Shown piece by piece: positions 21,359 to 32,174 of a stretch of 64,000 nucleotides of DNA; within the stretch, counting starts at the first letter, position 1; each line of letters begins with the position of its first letter. The DNA is taken from positions 109,942 to 173,941 of the forward strand of contig JAOAFE010000002.1 in NCBI GenBank assembly GCA_026416455.1, written 5' to 3'. The stretch comes from Syntrophales bacterium (GTDB lineage Bacteria; Desulfobacterota; Syntrophia; Syntrophales; UBA8958). A program made the position numbers and the translations under genes. Under the pieces are notes generated by a model. It was not told where the DNA came from, did no database searches, and worked only from the letters and a program-made list of their open reading frames with translations.

Positions 21359-22651
21359 ATGGATTTAAAATACGGGTTAGAAGATAGACTTCCTCTCCGA
21401 GATGCATTTCTCAACGGCCTTCAGTGGTTTGTTGTTATCCTGCCCGTAATTGTCGTTTTGGGAAAAGTAACGGGTGACTTCCAAAGCCTGGGTATGGGCG
21501 GCCAGGTCATTTATATGCAGCGTTTGATGTTCATGATGGGCATTGTGATCTTGGCCCAGATTCTGGTGGGTCATGGCCTTCCCCTCGTTGTTGGACCGTC
21601 GGCCGCCCTTTTGGTCGGCCTGATCTCGTCAGCTGGAAATTCTTCACCGGCAGCGGTTTATTCAGCCATCATGTTGGGCGGAGGGTGCGTCGCCATCTTG
21701 GGGCTCATGGGAGCCTTCCGATATCTTAAGTTTATCTTTACCCATCGGGTAGTAAATACCATTATTTTCCTGATCGCGGCCTCTCTTTTGCCCCTGGTGT
21801 TAAGGTTGATCCTTTCGTCTGAGGGAGTACCATTTTTTAATCTTCTGTTCGCATTAGCGGTGATCATGCTCACGGTGGTATTACATAATTTGTTTACCGG
21901 CGTAGTGAGATCGACCGTTATTATCTGGGTGATGATGGGGGCCAGTCTCTTTTTCTTCTTTGTTTATGAACCATTAGAAAAAATTATCTTTACCTCGCCC
22001 TTTTTTTCTCCTCCTTTTACTTCTTTCAAGGGAATACCTGTTGCGTTCGATCTTGGCGTTTTTGTTTCGTTCTTTTTCTGTTTTCTGGCCCTGGTAGTAA
22101 ACGATGTAGCATCCGTTCAATCGGTAAACGAGTTTATCTCTCCGGCGCATCGAGAGGCGCGGGTTTCGAGATCCCTGCTCGTCACGGGATTGGCCAACCT
22201 CCTATCTGGTTTTTTTGGAATCATAGGACCCGTAAACTATTCTCTGTCTCCCGGGGTGATCTCCTCTTCCCGTTGTGCTTCTCGTTTCCCGTTATTCATC
22301 ACTGCGGGATTATTAGTCGTCTTCTCGTGTTTTCCATGTGCAATCGGCATATTAAACCACCTACCCGGACCCATCGTCGGGGCAATCCTCGCTTACCTAT
22401 TAGGGGCTCAGGTGATGGCTGGTATCTCCATGTGGAGGGAGGGGAACGAAGAAATGGATTTCGATCGGGGTCTTACGATGGCGATACCAGTGGTGATAAC
22501 TATTATAGTGTCTTTTATGCCTTCTTCCGTGTTCTCTGATCTTTCTCCCTCCGTCCGCCCCGTCGCACAAAATGGGTTCTTGATGGGTCTTCTGTCATCT
22601 GTCTTCCTGGAGGGGATAGGGTGGGTCCGTCGCAGGTTTAATTCTAAGTAA
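21359..22651 (+). CDS. NCS2 (xanthine/uracil/vitamin C) permease family protein
   Basis: Multi-TM; LKYGLEDR, GHGLPLVVGPS, GPVNYSLSPGVI. Confidence 0.8.
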   Translation: MDLKYGLEDRLPLRDAFLNGLQWFVVILPVIVVLGKVTGDFQSLGMGGQVIYMQRLMFMMGIVILAQILVGHGLPLVVGPSAALLVGLISSAGNSSPAAVYSAIMLGGGCVAILGLMGAFRYLKFIFTHRVVNTIIFLIAASLLPLVLRLILSSEGVPFFNLLFALAVIMLTVVLHNLFTGVVRSTVIIWVMMGASLFFFFVYEPLEKIIFTSPFFSPPFTSFKGIPVAFDLGVFVSFFFCFLALVVNDVASVQSVNEFISPAHREARVSRSLLVTGLANLLSGFFGIIGPVNYSLSPGVISSSRCASRFPLFITAGLLVVFSCFPCAIGILNHLPGPIVGAILAYLLGAQVMAGISMWREGNEEMDFDRGLTMAIPVVITIIVSFMPSSVFSDLSPSVRPVAQNGFLMGLLSSVFLEGIGWVRRRFNSK

Positions 22652-22697
22652 TTATTATGCTATTTTGTGATTGTGTGAAAAAATTTAAAAATTTTTT

Positions 22698-22726
22698 TTG
22701 ACAGGGCGTTTTTTTTTCGGTAAAGC
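22698..22726 (+). promoter_or_regulatory. Putative sigma70 promoter for the LysM/NlpC gene
   Basis: TTGACA-17 nt-TAAAGC preceded by an A/T-rich UP-like tract; the -10 is imperfect. Confidence 0.5.
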
Positions 22727-22821
22727 AGCACATATTCGTGTGCAGACAGGAACATCCATGATGGGATTCTGTGCACCGTTAATAAGTGGGGATTCTCCCT
22801 ATCTAAAAGAAGGAGGTACTC

Positions 22822-23778
22822 ATGATGGAACGGCGGATATTCCTATGGATGGGGCTAATTGTCCTGTTCTTATCCTTCGTTTTTTCCGGTTCGGCCCGGG
22901 CAGATATAAAGTATACAGTGCAAAAAGGTGACCGACTCCTTACGATTGCGAAGAAATTTAACGTCGATGCCCTGGCCATTAAAAGTGCAAACAACATGAC
23001 CAATTCTCACAGCCTAAAGGTTGGGCAAGTATTAATCATTCCCGGACAAGGGCAGAAGAAAGAGATAGCTAAGAAAGAACCAAAGAGTAACTCTATGACC
23101 TATACGGTGAAGAGGGGTGATACCCTTGCCTCCATCGCCCAAAAACATGGACTGACCGTGGCCCAGCTCAAGGAGCTGAATCGTTTGAAATCTAATCAGC
23201 TAAAAGTGGGGGCAAAGCTCATTATCCGCAAACCCGTCGAGGTTGCGAAGGTCAAGCCCCGCATAGAAGAGGAATTGGAAGAAGAGGATGATGAAGCCTT
23301 AGAAGAAGGGACGCCGCCGGTCATCAGTGACAAATGGTTGAAGGAATCCTCCGTTCCCCTCGGTAAATGGAATAGTCCATATGAACGTTCCCTTTTTGTC
23401 AAGGTAGTCAAGAGTTTTCTCGGTGCCCCGTATCGTTTCGGTGGAGATTCGTTGAAAGGACTAGATTGTTCGGCCTTCGTACGGCGTATCTATCAGATTT
23501 TCGATATTCAGCTACCGAGGACTGCCATCGAACAAGCCCAGGTGGGGGTGAGAGTAGAGAGGGATGAACTCAAAGAAGGTGACCTCGTATTCTTTAATAC
23601 ACGTCGCCCCTTTGGGCATGTAGGTATTTACATCGGTAACAATCAGTTCATCCATGCCTCCTCTTCCCGCGGTGAGAGACAGGTTAGGATAGATCGGTTG
23701 GATGCCCCTTATTACAATAAAAGATTCGTCAAAGCGGTTCGCCTCTTGGAGATTAAGGACGGGGACGATACCACCTAA
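22822..23778 (+). CDS. LysM-LysM-NlpC/P60 peptidoglycan endopeptidase
   Basis: Signal peptide, two LysM repeats (YTVQKGD, YTVKRGDTL), PYRFGG, GLDCSAF, HVGIYIG, FIHASS. Confidence 0.93.
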   Translation: MMERRIFLWMGLIVLFLSFVFSGSARADIKYTVQKGDRLLTIAKKFNVDALAIKSANNMTNSHSLKVGQVLIIPGQGQKKEIAKKEPKSNSMTYTVKRGDTLASIAQKHGLTVAQLKELNRLKSNQLKVGAKLIIRKPVEVAKVKPRIEEELEEEDDEALEEGTPPVISDKWLKESSVPLGKWNSPYERSLFVKVVKSFLGAPYRFGGDSLKGLDCSAFVRRIYQIFDIQLPRTAIEQAQVGVRVERDELKEGDLVFFNTRRPFGHVGIYIGNNQFIHASSSRGERQVRIDRLDAPYYNKRFVKAVRLLEIKDGDDTT

Positions 23779-23802
23779 GGAAAAAGTAAAAGTCAAGGGA
23801 GG

Positions 23803-23829
23803 AAAAACGCCCTTCCGGGGCGTTTTTTT
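23803..23829 (+). terminator. Intrinsic terminator
   Basis: AAAAACGCCC-TTCCG-GGGCGTTTTTTT hairpin with U-tract. Confidence 0.85.
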
Positions 23830-23839
23830 ATAATTTTTT

Positions 23840-25777
23840 ATGGGTCAATCAGTTACGGAAAAATTGATCGCCAGCCACTTAGTGGCGGGTAAATGTCTAC
23901 CCGGAGAGGAAGTAGGGATACGGATCGATCAAACCTTGACTCAGGATGCAACCGGTACAATGGCCTATTTGGAATTCGAGGCCATGGGTGTATCCGAGGT
24001 AAAAACGGAGTTGTCCGTAAGTTATGTGGATCATAACACTATTCAATTAGGTTTTGAAAACGCCGATGACCATCGTTATCTTCAGAGTGTAGCTGAGAAA
24101 TTCGGGATTTACTTCTCCCGAGCCGGGAACGGTATATGCCATCAGGTACATTTGGAGCGGTTTGGTCGGCCAGGGAAAACCCTCATCGGCTCAGATTCCC
24201 ATACTCCAACGGCGGGGGCGCTAGGAATGCTCGCTATCGGTGCAGGGGGGTTAGATGTGGCCTTGGCCATGGCGGGGGAGCCTTTTTATTTCACCTATCC
24301 TCGTGTCGCACGGGTAAACCTACACGGTTTTCTCCCGCCTTGGGTCACGGCCAAAGACGTTATCCTGTATTTGCTCAAGATACTAACCACGCGGGGAAAT
24401 GTCGGATGGGTACTGGAGTACGGTGGAGAGGGAGTAGGCCGCTTGAGCGTGCCCGAGCGGGCCACAATTGCCAATATGGGGGCCGAGCTAGGGGTAACGA
24501 CCTCCATTTTCCCCAGTGATGAAATAACGGAGAAATTTCTGCTCTCCCAGGGAAGAAAAGAAGATTGGATGCCCCTGGTGGCCGATGCAGGGACAATTTA
24601 CGATCGGGTTTTGGATATTGATCTTTCTGCTCTAGAGCCGTTGGCAGCATGTCCTCACAGCCCTGACAATGTTAAGCCCGTAAGGGAAATCGGGCTCGTT
24701 GAGGTAGATCAGGTATGTATTGGCAGTTGCACGAATTCTTCCTATAAGGATTTGGCCACCGTGGCGTCAATCTTGAAGGGTAAGAAAGTGCATCCTCGCG
24801 TGAGCCTTGTGATCGCTCCCGGTTCACGTCAGGTTCTTTCAGCTATTTCGCGTGACGGGTATCTCACCTATCTCATCGAGGCGGGTGCCAGAATTATGGA
24901 AAGTGCGTGCGGTTTCTGCATCGGTGTCGGTCAGAGTCCTCCCTCGGGTGGCGTTTCATTACGTACCTCGAACAGGAATTTTTATGGTCGTTCAGGAACG
25001 AGGGATGCTCAAGTATATCTTGTGAGCCCGGAAGTCGCAGCGGTTGCTGCCTTGACCGGGAAGATCCTCGATCCTCGGGAGGCAGGGATAACGTATCCCC
25101 AAGTAATGCTGCCCGACTTTTTCCCCATCGATGATGGTATGATTATTCCGCCCAAAACGCCGCAGGAACGTGAGCGGGTAGAAATAATCAGGGGACCCAA
25201 TATTGGGCTTCCACCTGTAAATGAACCTCTCTCCCGAGATATCTCCGGAATTGTGACCATCAAATTGGGGGATAAGATTACGACCGATCATATCATCCCC
25301 GGAGGGGAACGCATGAAGTACCGCTCTAACATCGCTCGGTACGCCGATTTCGTTTTCGAGGTCATAGATTCCTCTTTCTCTACTCGGGCGAAGGCGATAA
25401 AAGAGAAGGGGTACGCCAATATCATCGTTGCCGGTCTTTCTTACGGTCAAGGTTCATCAAGGGAGCATGCGGCCATCTGCCCTATGTATTTGGGAGTAAA
25501 GGTTGTTTTGGCCCGGTCATTTGAAAGGATTCATGCGGCCAACCTGGTCAATTTTGGAATTCTTCCCCTTACGTTTTTGAACGAGGGAGATTACTTTAGA
25601 ATTCGGGAGGGAGATGCTCTGAATATAACAGATATCAAGGGTCGTTTGGAAAGATCGGAAGAGATAGTCATCGAGAATGTTACCCAAGGTGTTTCTTTTT
25701 CCGTAGGTTACACCTTGACGGAGAGAGAGAAAAATTTAATTATAGCCGGTGGTGCACTGAATGCGAGGAAGAAATGA
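23840..25777 (+). CDS. Aconitate hydratase (short, single-chain type)
   Basis: QDATGT, GSDSHT, IGSCTN, CGFCIG, TSNRNF, ITTDHI, YGQGSSREHAA. Confidence 0.9.
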   Translation: MGQSVTEKLIASHLVAGKCLPGEEVGIRIDQTLTQDATGTMAYLEFEAMGVSEVKTELSVSYVDHNTIQLGFENADDHRYLQSVAEKFGIYFSRAGNGICHQVHLERFGRPGKTLIGSDSHTPTAGALGMLAIGAGGLDVALAMAGEPFYFTYPRVARVNLHGFLPPWVTAKDVILYLLKILTTRGNVGWVLEYGGEGVGRLSVPERATIANMGAELGVTTSIFPSDEITEKFLLSQGRKEDWMPLVADAGTIYDRVLDIDLSALEPLAACPHSPDNVKPVREIGLVEVDQVCIGSCTNSSYKDLATVASILKGKKVHPRVSLVIAPGSRQVLSAISRDGYLTYLIEAGARIMESACGFCIGVGQSPPSGGVSLRTSNRNFYGRSGTRDAQVYLVSPEVAAVAALTGKILDPREAGITYPQVMLPDFFPIDDGMIIPPKTPQERERVEIIRGPNIGLPPVNEPLSRDISGIVTIKLGDKITTDHIIPGGERMKYRSNIARYADFVFEVIDSSFSTRAKAIKEKGYANIIVAGLSYGQGSSREHAAICPMYLGVKVVLARSFERIHAANLVNFGILPLTFLNEGDYFRIREGDALNITDIKGRLERSEEIVIENVTQGVSFSVGYTLTEREKNLIIAGGALNARKK

Positions 25778-27000
25778 AAGAGAAGATAAAGGTTAAGACC
25801 CCTTTGGTCGAGATGGACGGCGATGAGATGACCCGAGTCATGTGGCATATGATTCGGGAGAAGTTAATACTGCCCTATCTCGACATTAAATTGGACTACT
25901 ACGACCTCCATATTAAACATCGGGATGAGACGAACGATGAAGTGACCTTGGCGGCCGCAGCAGCGACCCGCAAGTACGGGGTTAGCGTTAAGTGTGCAAC
26001 GATTACAGCGACTGATGATCGGGTAAAGGAGTACAAATTGAAGCGAAAGTTGCCCAGTCCCAACGCCACGATTCGAGCGGCCTTAGATGGTACCATCTTT
26101 CGAGAGCCCATCTTGGTTAAAAACATTGAGCCCTTCATAAAAACATGGGAAAGGCCTATCATAATAGGTCGTCATGCCTATGGGGATGTGTATAGTGGAA
26201 CGGAAATTAGGATCGACGTACCGGGAAGGGCGGAATTGACCTTCACTCCAGAAGGAGAAGGAGAATCGGTACGCCGGCTTATTCATGATTTTAAAGGGGC
26301 CGGGATTATTCAGGGTATCCATAATACAGCTTCTTCCATTGCCAGCTTTGCTCGCACATGTTTTTCATACGCCTATGAAAGAAAGGTAGATCTCTGGTTC
26401 AGTGCCAAGGACACCATCTCGGGGACATACGATGCGTACTTTCGTTCTTTTTTTGAGGAGGAGTATAACCGCAACTGGAAAGAAAAATTCAATGAAGCGG
26501 GCATAGAGTATTTCTTTACCCTAATAGATGATGCGGTGGCACGGGTTGTGAGGTCCAAAGGCGGGTTTTTATGGGCCTTGAAGAACTACGATGGAGATGT
26601 CATGTCCGACCTGGTTGCCTCCGCTGTAGGTAGCCTCGCTATGATGACATCTGTTCTCGTCTCCCCCAACGGTTGTTATGAGTTTGAAGCTGCCCATGGG
26701 ACCGTTCAACGTCATTATTACCGTTATTTAAAAGGAGAAAAAACGTCCTCCAACCCCATGGCCCTTATTTTTGCCTGGACGGGGGGGTTAAGGAAAAGGG
26801 GACAGATGGACGAAACGTCTGAGGTGGTAAGGTTCGCCAATTGTTTAGAAGAGGCAGCGAAGGAAACGATCGAAGGCGGTATTATGACGGGAGACCTCCT
26901 CGCTGTGGCGCATCCCTCCCCTACTAATCGACAGGTCACAACGGAAGAGTTCTTGGAGGAAGTTTCCCGCCGACTCAGGGAAAAACTAGAGATCAGATAA
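25774..27000 (+). CDS. icd: Isocitrate dehydrogenase (IDH1-like, probably NADP-dependent)
   Basis: VEMDGDEMTR, KCATIT, SPNATIR, GRHAYGD, KNYDGDVMSD, EAAHGTVQRHY. Confidence 0.95.
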   Translation: MKEKIKVKTPLVEMDGDEMTRVMWHMIREKLILPYLDIKLDYYDLHIKHRDETNDEVTLAAAAATRKYGVSVKCATITATDDRVKEYKLKRKLPSPNATIRAALDGTIFREPILVKNIEPFIKTWERPIIIGRHAYGDVYSGTEIRIDVPGRAELTFTPEGEGESVRRLIHDFKGAGIIQGIHNTASSIASFARTCFSYAYERKVDLWFSAKDTISGTYDAYFRSFFEEEYNRNWKEKFNEAGIEYFFTLIDDAVARVVRSKGGFLWALKNYDGDVMSDLVASAVGSLAMMTSVLVSPNGCYEFEAAHGTVQRHYYRYLKGEKTSSNPMALIFAWTGGLRKRGQMDETSEVVRFANCLEEAAKETIEGGIMTGDLLAVAHPSPTNRQVTTEEFLEEVSRRLREKLEIR

Positions 27001-27014
27001 AAGGAGGGAAAGAA

Positions 27015-27776
27015 TTGTTAAGGCAGATTGCGGAAAAAATTGTCCAGGCCCAACGGACGGTCGTGTTTGTAGGAGCGGGTGTGAGCACCGAGTCAGGTAT
27101 TCCCGATTTCCGTAGCCCCGGTGGGATCTGGACGCGCTTTGACCCGGAAGAATTTACTTATCAAAATTTTCTAGCGAGCGAGCGGGCACGGGAACGTTAC
27201 TGGCAATTAGGAAGGGAGATATATGCCTTAATCAAGGCAGCCCAACCAAATGCCGCGCATCTAGCCATCGCAGAGATGGAGCGAATGGGCCTTCTCGATT
27301 GCCTGATTACGCAAAACATCGATGGTCTCCATTTTAAGGCGGGCAATACCCCGGAAAAGGTAATAGAAATACATGGGACCGTCATGTACGTTCTTTGTCT
27401 TACGTGTAGAAAGAGATATAGTCGAGATGAAATAGAATTGCGCCTCGCGGCGGGAGAAAAGGTGCCGCGTTGCGACGAGTGTGGGGGGCTGCTCAAGCCG
27501 GCGACGGTGGCTTTCGGTCAACCCATGCCCGAGAGGGAAACGGCTGAGGCCTTCCGCCGATCGGCAGCATCAGACTTGTTCATCTGTATCGGTTCTTCCT
27601 TGGTAGTTCACCCGGCGGCACAATTGCCTGTAGTTGCGAAAGATAACGGTGCCTTTCTTGTGATTATAAACCGTGATCCCACAACCTGCGATTCCATCGC
27701 CGACGTGGTTCATCGAGGCCTCGCCGGTCCGGCGATGGAAGAAATTATGAGGTACGTCAAGGAGATGAAGCCGTGA
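27015..27776 (+). CDS. cobB: NAD-dependent protein deacylase (sirtuin)
   Basis: GAGVSTESGIPDFRS, TQNIDGLH, HG, two CxxC, GSSLVVHPAA. Confidence 0.93.
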   Translation: MLRQIAEKIVQAQRTVVFVGAGVSTESGIPDFRSPGGIWTRFDPEEFTYQNFLASERARERYWQLGREIYALIKAAQPNAAHLAIAEMERMGLLDCLITQNIDGLHFKAGNTPEKVIEIHGTVMYVLCLTCRKRYSRDEIELRLAAGEKVPRCDECGGLLKPATVAFGQPMPERETAEAFRRSAASDLFICIGSSLVVHPAAQLPVVAKDNGAFLVIINRDPTTCDSIADVVHRGLAGPAMEEIMRYVKEMKP

Positions 27777-28549
27777 GAAGGATAGTAGATTTGAGCATTA
27801 CCATGGAAGCGGGGCTACCTTCCGATCCACCGGGCATGATTCCAGAGATAAAATACCATGACCATGAGGAGGGGGCCAAACAGATGCAATCCTTCTTCCC
27901 GGGGTTGGAATCGAGACATTTGCCGAAAGGATTGGGATGGGCAACGGAGACGTTGACATTGGGCACCCACAGCGGCACTCATCTCGATGCACCTTATCAC
28001 TACCATCCAACTCAAGATGGGGGGAAGAAGGCCCTGACCATTGATGAGATTCCTCTCGAATGGTGTTTTTCCGATGGAGTGCTCCTTGATTTTCGCCACA
28101 AAAAAGATGGAGAGGGGATAACCGCCGCGGAAGTAGAGGAGGCTTTGAAGGAAATAAAATATGATCTCAAACCGCTGGACATCGTGCTTATCCAAACAGG
28201 GGCCGATAGTGCTTGGGGGACACCGGAATATCTCTTTAAAGGGGCGGGGATGACCCGAGAAAGTACCCTGTACCTGACGGCACGTGGCGTGCGGGTAGTG
28301 GGTATTGATGCCTGGAGTTGGGATCGGCCTCTTCCTTTCATCGCCGAAGAATTCAAGAAAACGATGGATCCGAAGGTAATCTGGGCGGCCCATTTTTCCG
28401 GCATCGATGTGGGATACTGCCACATGGAGAAAATGGCTAACCTTTCTTCAATCGGACGCCCCTTCGGTTTTAGGGTCTGCTGTTTTCCTATCAAGATCAA
28501 GGGGGCGTCGGCGGGTTGGTGCCGGCCCGTGGCCATCATCGAGGAATGA
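27773..28549 (+). CDS. Cyclase-family (kynurenine formamidase-like) metallohydrolase
   Basis: THSGTHLDAPYH, GIDAWSWD, C-terminal PIKIKGASAGWCR. Confidence 0.88.
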   Translation: MRRIVDLSITMEAGLPSDPPGMIPEIKYHDHEEGAKQMQSFFPGLESRHLPKGLGWATETLTLGTHSGTHLDAPYHYHPTQDGGKKALTIDEIPLEWCFSDGVLLDFRHKKDGEGITAAEVEEALKEIKYDLKPLDIVLIQTGADSAWGTPEYLFKGAGMTRESTLYLTARGVRVVGIDAWSWDRPLPFIAEEFKKTMDPKVIWAAHFSGIDVGYCHMEKMANLSSIGRPFGFRVCCFPIKIKGASAGWCRPVAIIEE

Positions 28550-29592
28550 GAAGTGAGGGGAAAGTCCATCTGAAGGACATGACCCTCCCGGAGCTGGAGA
28601 CCTTCATTTCCAGTTTGGGGAAGGAAAAGTACCGGGCACGTCAGCTCATGCGTTGGATGTACCAGGCGGGGGTGTTGCAGTTTTCCGAAATGACGGACCT
28701 CGCCCGGGACGTGAGGGAACATCTATCAGCCATTGCGACCCTTGAGGATCCGCATGTGGTGCGAGTTAAAGCCGCCCACGACGGGACCAAAAAGCTCCTC
28801 TTCCGTCTGGAAGATGGTCTTCTCATAGAGGGAGTTTTGATTCCCGGACGAAATCATTGGACCGCCTGTCTCTCTACCCAGGTGGGATGTCGGATGGGAT
28901 GCCGCTTTTGCCTAACGGGAGCTCAGGGTTTTCAACGCAACCTGCATGCCGGGGAGATCACGGGTCAGCTACTGGCGATGAAACGCCAAACGGAAGAAGG
29001 CAGGAAAGTGAGGAATGTAGTACTCATGGGGATGGGGGAGCCCCTTGACAACTATGAAGCGACCGTCAAGGCGATAAAAAACCTAACGGAAGATCACGGG
29101 TTCGGCCTATCCAACAGACGTATTACCGTCTCTACCTGTGGCCTCGTACCAGAGATACTGCGCTTAGGCGAAGATGTATGCGTAAACCTGGCTGTTTCTT
29201 TAAATGCATCCAACGATCAGGTGAGGAGCGACATCATGCCGATAAACAAGCGTTATCCTATTACAAAGCTTCTTGAAGCGTGCCGAAATTATCCTATGCC
29301 GGGGCGTCGTATGATCACTTTCGAGTATATTTTAATGGCCGATGTGAACGATTCTCCCGCTCAGGCTGAGGAACTTGCCCGACTCCTCAAAGGCATCCGT
29401 TGCAAACTCAATCTGATTGCCTTTAACGAGTATCCTGGTTCCCCTTTTCACACGCCGCAAAGAGAAAAAATTCGTCGGTTTCAACAGATTCTTCTCGATC
29501 ACCATTACACGGCTATCTTGAGGGCAAGCCATGGCTCAGAGATTCTGGCTGCCTGCGGTCAATTAAGCGGATCAATGGCAAATTATGAATGA
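28546..29592 (+). CDS. rlmN: Dual-specificity RNA methyltransferase RlmN
   Basis: [27 protein letters not shown]; ATG 28546 overlaps the upstream stop. Confidence 0.96.
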   Translation: MRSEGKVHLKDMTLPELETFISSLGKEKYRARQLMRWMYQAGVLQFSEMTDLARDVREHLSAIATLEDPHVVRVKAAHDGTKKLLFRLEDGLLIEGVLIPGRNHWTACLSTQVGCRMGCRFCLTGAQGFQRNLHAGEITGQLLAMKRQTEEGRKVRNVVLMGMGEPLDNYEATVKAIKNLTEDHGFGLSNRRITVSTCGLVPEILRLGEDVCVNLAVSLNASNDQVRSDIMPINKRYPITKLLEACRNYPMPGRRMITFEYILMADVNDSPAQAEELARLLKGIRCKLNLIAFNEYPGSPFHTPQREKIRRFQQILLDHHYTAILRASHGSEILAACGQLSGSMANYE

Positions 29593-31651
29593 ATTTCGTC
29601 TGGTCACAGATTTTCAGCCCCAAGGTGATCAACCTCGGGCAATCGAGGCCCTCGTTCGCGGTCTGGAACAGAAAATGCCGCATCAGGTCCTCTTGGGTGT
29701 TACTGGTTCAGGAAAGACGTTCACCATCGCGAACGTGATCAACGCTGTCCAAAGGCCAGCTTTGGTTATTGCCCATAACAAAACCCTGGCCGCTCAGCTT
29801 TACGGAGAATTCAAGGTTCTCTTCCCGGGGAACGCTGTTGAGTACTTCGTAAGTTACTATGATTACTATCAACCTGAGGCTTATATCCCGTCAACAGACA
29901 CGTATATTGAGAAAGATTCCTCCATCAACGAAGAGATAGATAAGTTACGACATCGGGCTACCTACGCTCTCTTGGAGAGAAGAGATGTGATCATAGTGGC
30001 TAGTGTGTCTTGTATATACGGTATCGGTGCCCCGGAGGAGTATGGAGGCATGACGCTTCGCGTAGTGGCAGGGGTCGATTTTCCTCGCGACGAGCTGCTT
30101 CGCCGGCTGGTGGAAATGCAGTATCTACGAAATGATATCGATTTTCACCGAGGTACTTTCCGGGTGAGGGGTGATACAGTAGAGATTTTTCCCCCTTATG
30201 AGGAAGAAGAGGCCATCAGGGTGGATTATTTTGGGGATACGATTGAATCCATTACGGTCATCGATCCCCTTCGAGGTCGCGTTAAGGGTAAGTTAGCGCA
30301 TCTTACCGTCTATCCAGGCAGCCATTACGTCACAGGTCGGGATAAGCTTTCCCGGGCAATTGAAGGTATTCGTAGCGAGCTGAAAGAACGATTGGCGGAG
30401 CTAAAAGGTCAGGGGAAGCTTTTGGAGGCTCAACGTTTAGAACAGAGAACAATGTTTGACCTGGAGATGTTGGAGGAGATGGGTTATTGTAAGGGCATTG
30501 AAAATTATTCCCGCCATCTCACGGGGCGAAGACCAGGTGAGCCACCTCCAACCCTCCTTGAGTATTTGCCTAAAGATGCAATCATCGTCATCGACGAGAG
30601 TCATGCCACCATTCCCCAGCTTATCGGTATGTATCGGGGTGACCGTTCCCGCAAAGAAACTCTTGTCGAATACGGCTTCCGCCTGCCGTCCGCACTCGAT
30701 AATCGACCTTTACGTTTCGAAGAGTTTGAGACCTTCCCGCAGCAGCGGATTTATGTGTCCGCGACCCCCGCGGAATACGAAGTTAAGAAATCCCGGGGAA
30801 GAGTAGTGGAGCAGATAATCAGACCCACGGGCTTGATGGATCCTGAGGTCATCGTGAAAAAAGCGGAGCACCAGGTGGACGATCTCTTGGGTGAGATTAG
30901 AAAAAGAGTCGAGAGGAACGAGCGGGTCCTGGTCGTCACCCTGACCAAAAGAATGGCCGAAAATCTTACTACCTACTATCAAGAATTGGGTATTCGTTGC
31001 CGTTACCTGCACTCCGATATCCATACTTTAGAGCGCGTCGATATCATACGGGAATTGCGTCTAGGGGAGTTTGATGTCCTCATCGGGGTAAATCTCTTAC
31101 GGGAGGGGCTGGATATTCCCGAGGTGTCCTTGGTGGCGATTTTAGATGCAGATAAGGAAGGTTTTCTTCGTTCTGAGCGATCCCTCATGCAGACTAGTGG
31201 TAGGGCGGCGCGCAATGTGATGGGGCAGGTCATCATGTACGCCGATAAGATAACACCGGCGATAAAATTCTGTCTCGACGAAACTAATCGACGAAGGGCC
31301 ATTCAGGCCAAATTCAACGCCGAACACGGTATTACTCCCGAAACGATAAGAAAGTCTATCAATCAGATCTTGAGTTCCGTCTATGAGGCCGATTATGTAA
31401 CCGTTCCCATGCAGCCGCGAGAGATTGTGGAGGAAAAAGAGGAACTCCCCCAGTTGATTGAGCGATTGCGTAAGGAGATGAAAGAGGCAGCGGCCAAGTT
31501 GGAGTTTGAGAAGGCGGCAGAAATCAGGGATCGCATCAAATCCCTAACGGAGCTGGTCATGGCCATGGGAGACGAAATGGGAATAATCGTCCGACGGGAG
31601 GAGAAAGGAAAAAAGAACAAATCCCTTGGGAGGTTAAGGTATGCTAGATAG
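29585..31651 (+). CDS. uvrB: Excinuclease ABC subunit B
   Basis: [32 protein letters not shown]-terminal UVR motif. Confidence 0.98.
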   Translation: MNEFRLVTDFQPQGDQPRAIEALVRGLEQKMPHQVLLGVTGSGKTFTIANVINAVQRPALVIAHNKTLAAQLYGEFKVLFPGNAVEYFVSYYDYYQPEAYIPSTDTYIEKDSSINEEIDKLRHRATYALLERRDVIIVASVSCIYGIGAPEEYGGMTLRVVAGVDFPRDELLRRLVEMQYLRNDIDFHRGTFRVRGDTVEIFPPYEEEEAIRVDYFGDTIESITVIDPLRGRVKGKLAHLTVYPGSHYVTGRDKLSRAIEGIRSELKERLAELKGQGKLLEAQRLEQRTMFDLEMLEEMGYCKGIENYSRHLTGRRPGEPPPTLLEYLPKDAIIVIDESHATIPQLIGMYRGDRSRKETLVEYGFRLPSALDNRPLRFEEFETFPQQRIYVSATPAEYEVKKSRGRVVEQIIRPTGLMDPEVIVKKAEHQVDDLLGEIRKRVERNERVLVVTLTKRMAENLTTYYQELGIRCRYLHSDIHTLERVDIIRELRLGEFDVLIGVNLLREGLDIPEVSLVAILDADKEGFLRSERSLMQTSGRAARNVMGQVIMYADKITPAIKFCLDETNRRRAIQAKFNAEHGITPETIRKSINQILSSVYEADYVTVPMQPREIVEEKEELPQLIERLRKEMKEAAAKLEFEKAAEIRDRIKSLTELVMAMGDEMGIIVRREEKGKKNKSLGRLRYAR

Positions 31652-32174
31652 AAGAAAGGCAGCAGTTTTAATAATCGACTTGCAGGAGAGTCTCTTAAAT
31701 GTCATGGCAGGAAAAGAAGATCTGCTGAAAAATATTGTCAAACTGGTAAAAGGGGCCCAGATACTAAATCTACCGTTGGTACTAACGGAACAAGTCAAAC
31801 TAGGGCGCACCCATCAGGAGATTAGCTCTCTTTTTTCAGGATTTGAAGCCCTCGTGAAAGAAAGCTTCAGTTGTTGGAAAGAAGAGAAGTTCCGACAAGC
31901 AATTCTCCAATTGGGACGCAAGGAGATCATCGTAGCCGGAATAGAAGCCCATATCTGCGTCTATCAGACAGCGGTCGATATGGTTCGAGAGGGTTTCAGT
32001 GTTTTCGTCGCGGCGGATTGCACCTCTTCTCGGACGGAATTAAACAGGGAAATCGCCCTCAGACGTCTTGCGATGGAAGGAGTTCACTTGACTAGCGCCG
32101 AGATGGTTCTTTTTGAACTCCTAGAGACGGCGGGAGATCCTAAGGCGAAGGAGATCTTCCGCGTGGTGAAGTAA
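31641..32174 (+). CDS. Isochorismatase-family hydrolase
   Basis: [23 protein letters not shown]. Confidence 0.88.
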   Translation: MLDRRKAAVLIIDLQESLLNVMAGKEDLLKNIVKLVKGAQILNLPLVLTEQVKLGRTHQEISSLFSGFEALVKESFSCWKEEKFRQAILQLGRKEIIVAGIEAHICVYQTAVDMVREGFSVFVAADCTSSRTELNREIALRRLAMEGVHLTSAEMVLFELLETAGDPKAKEIFRVVK

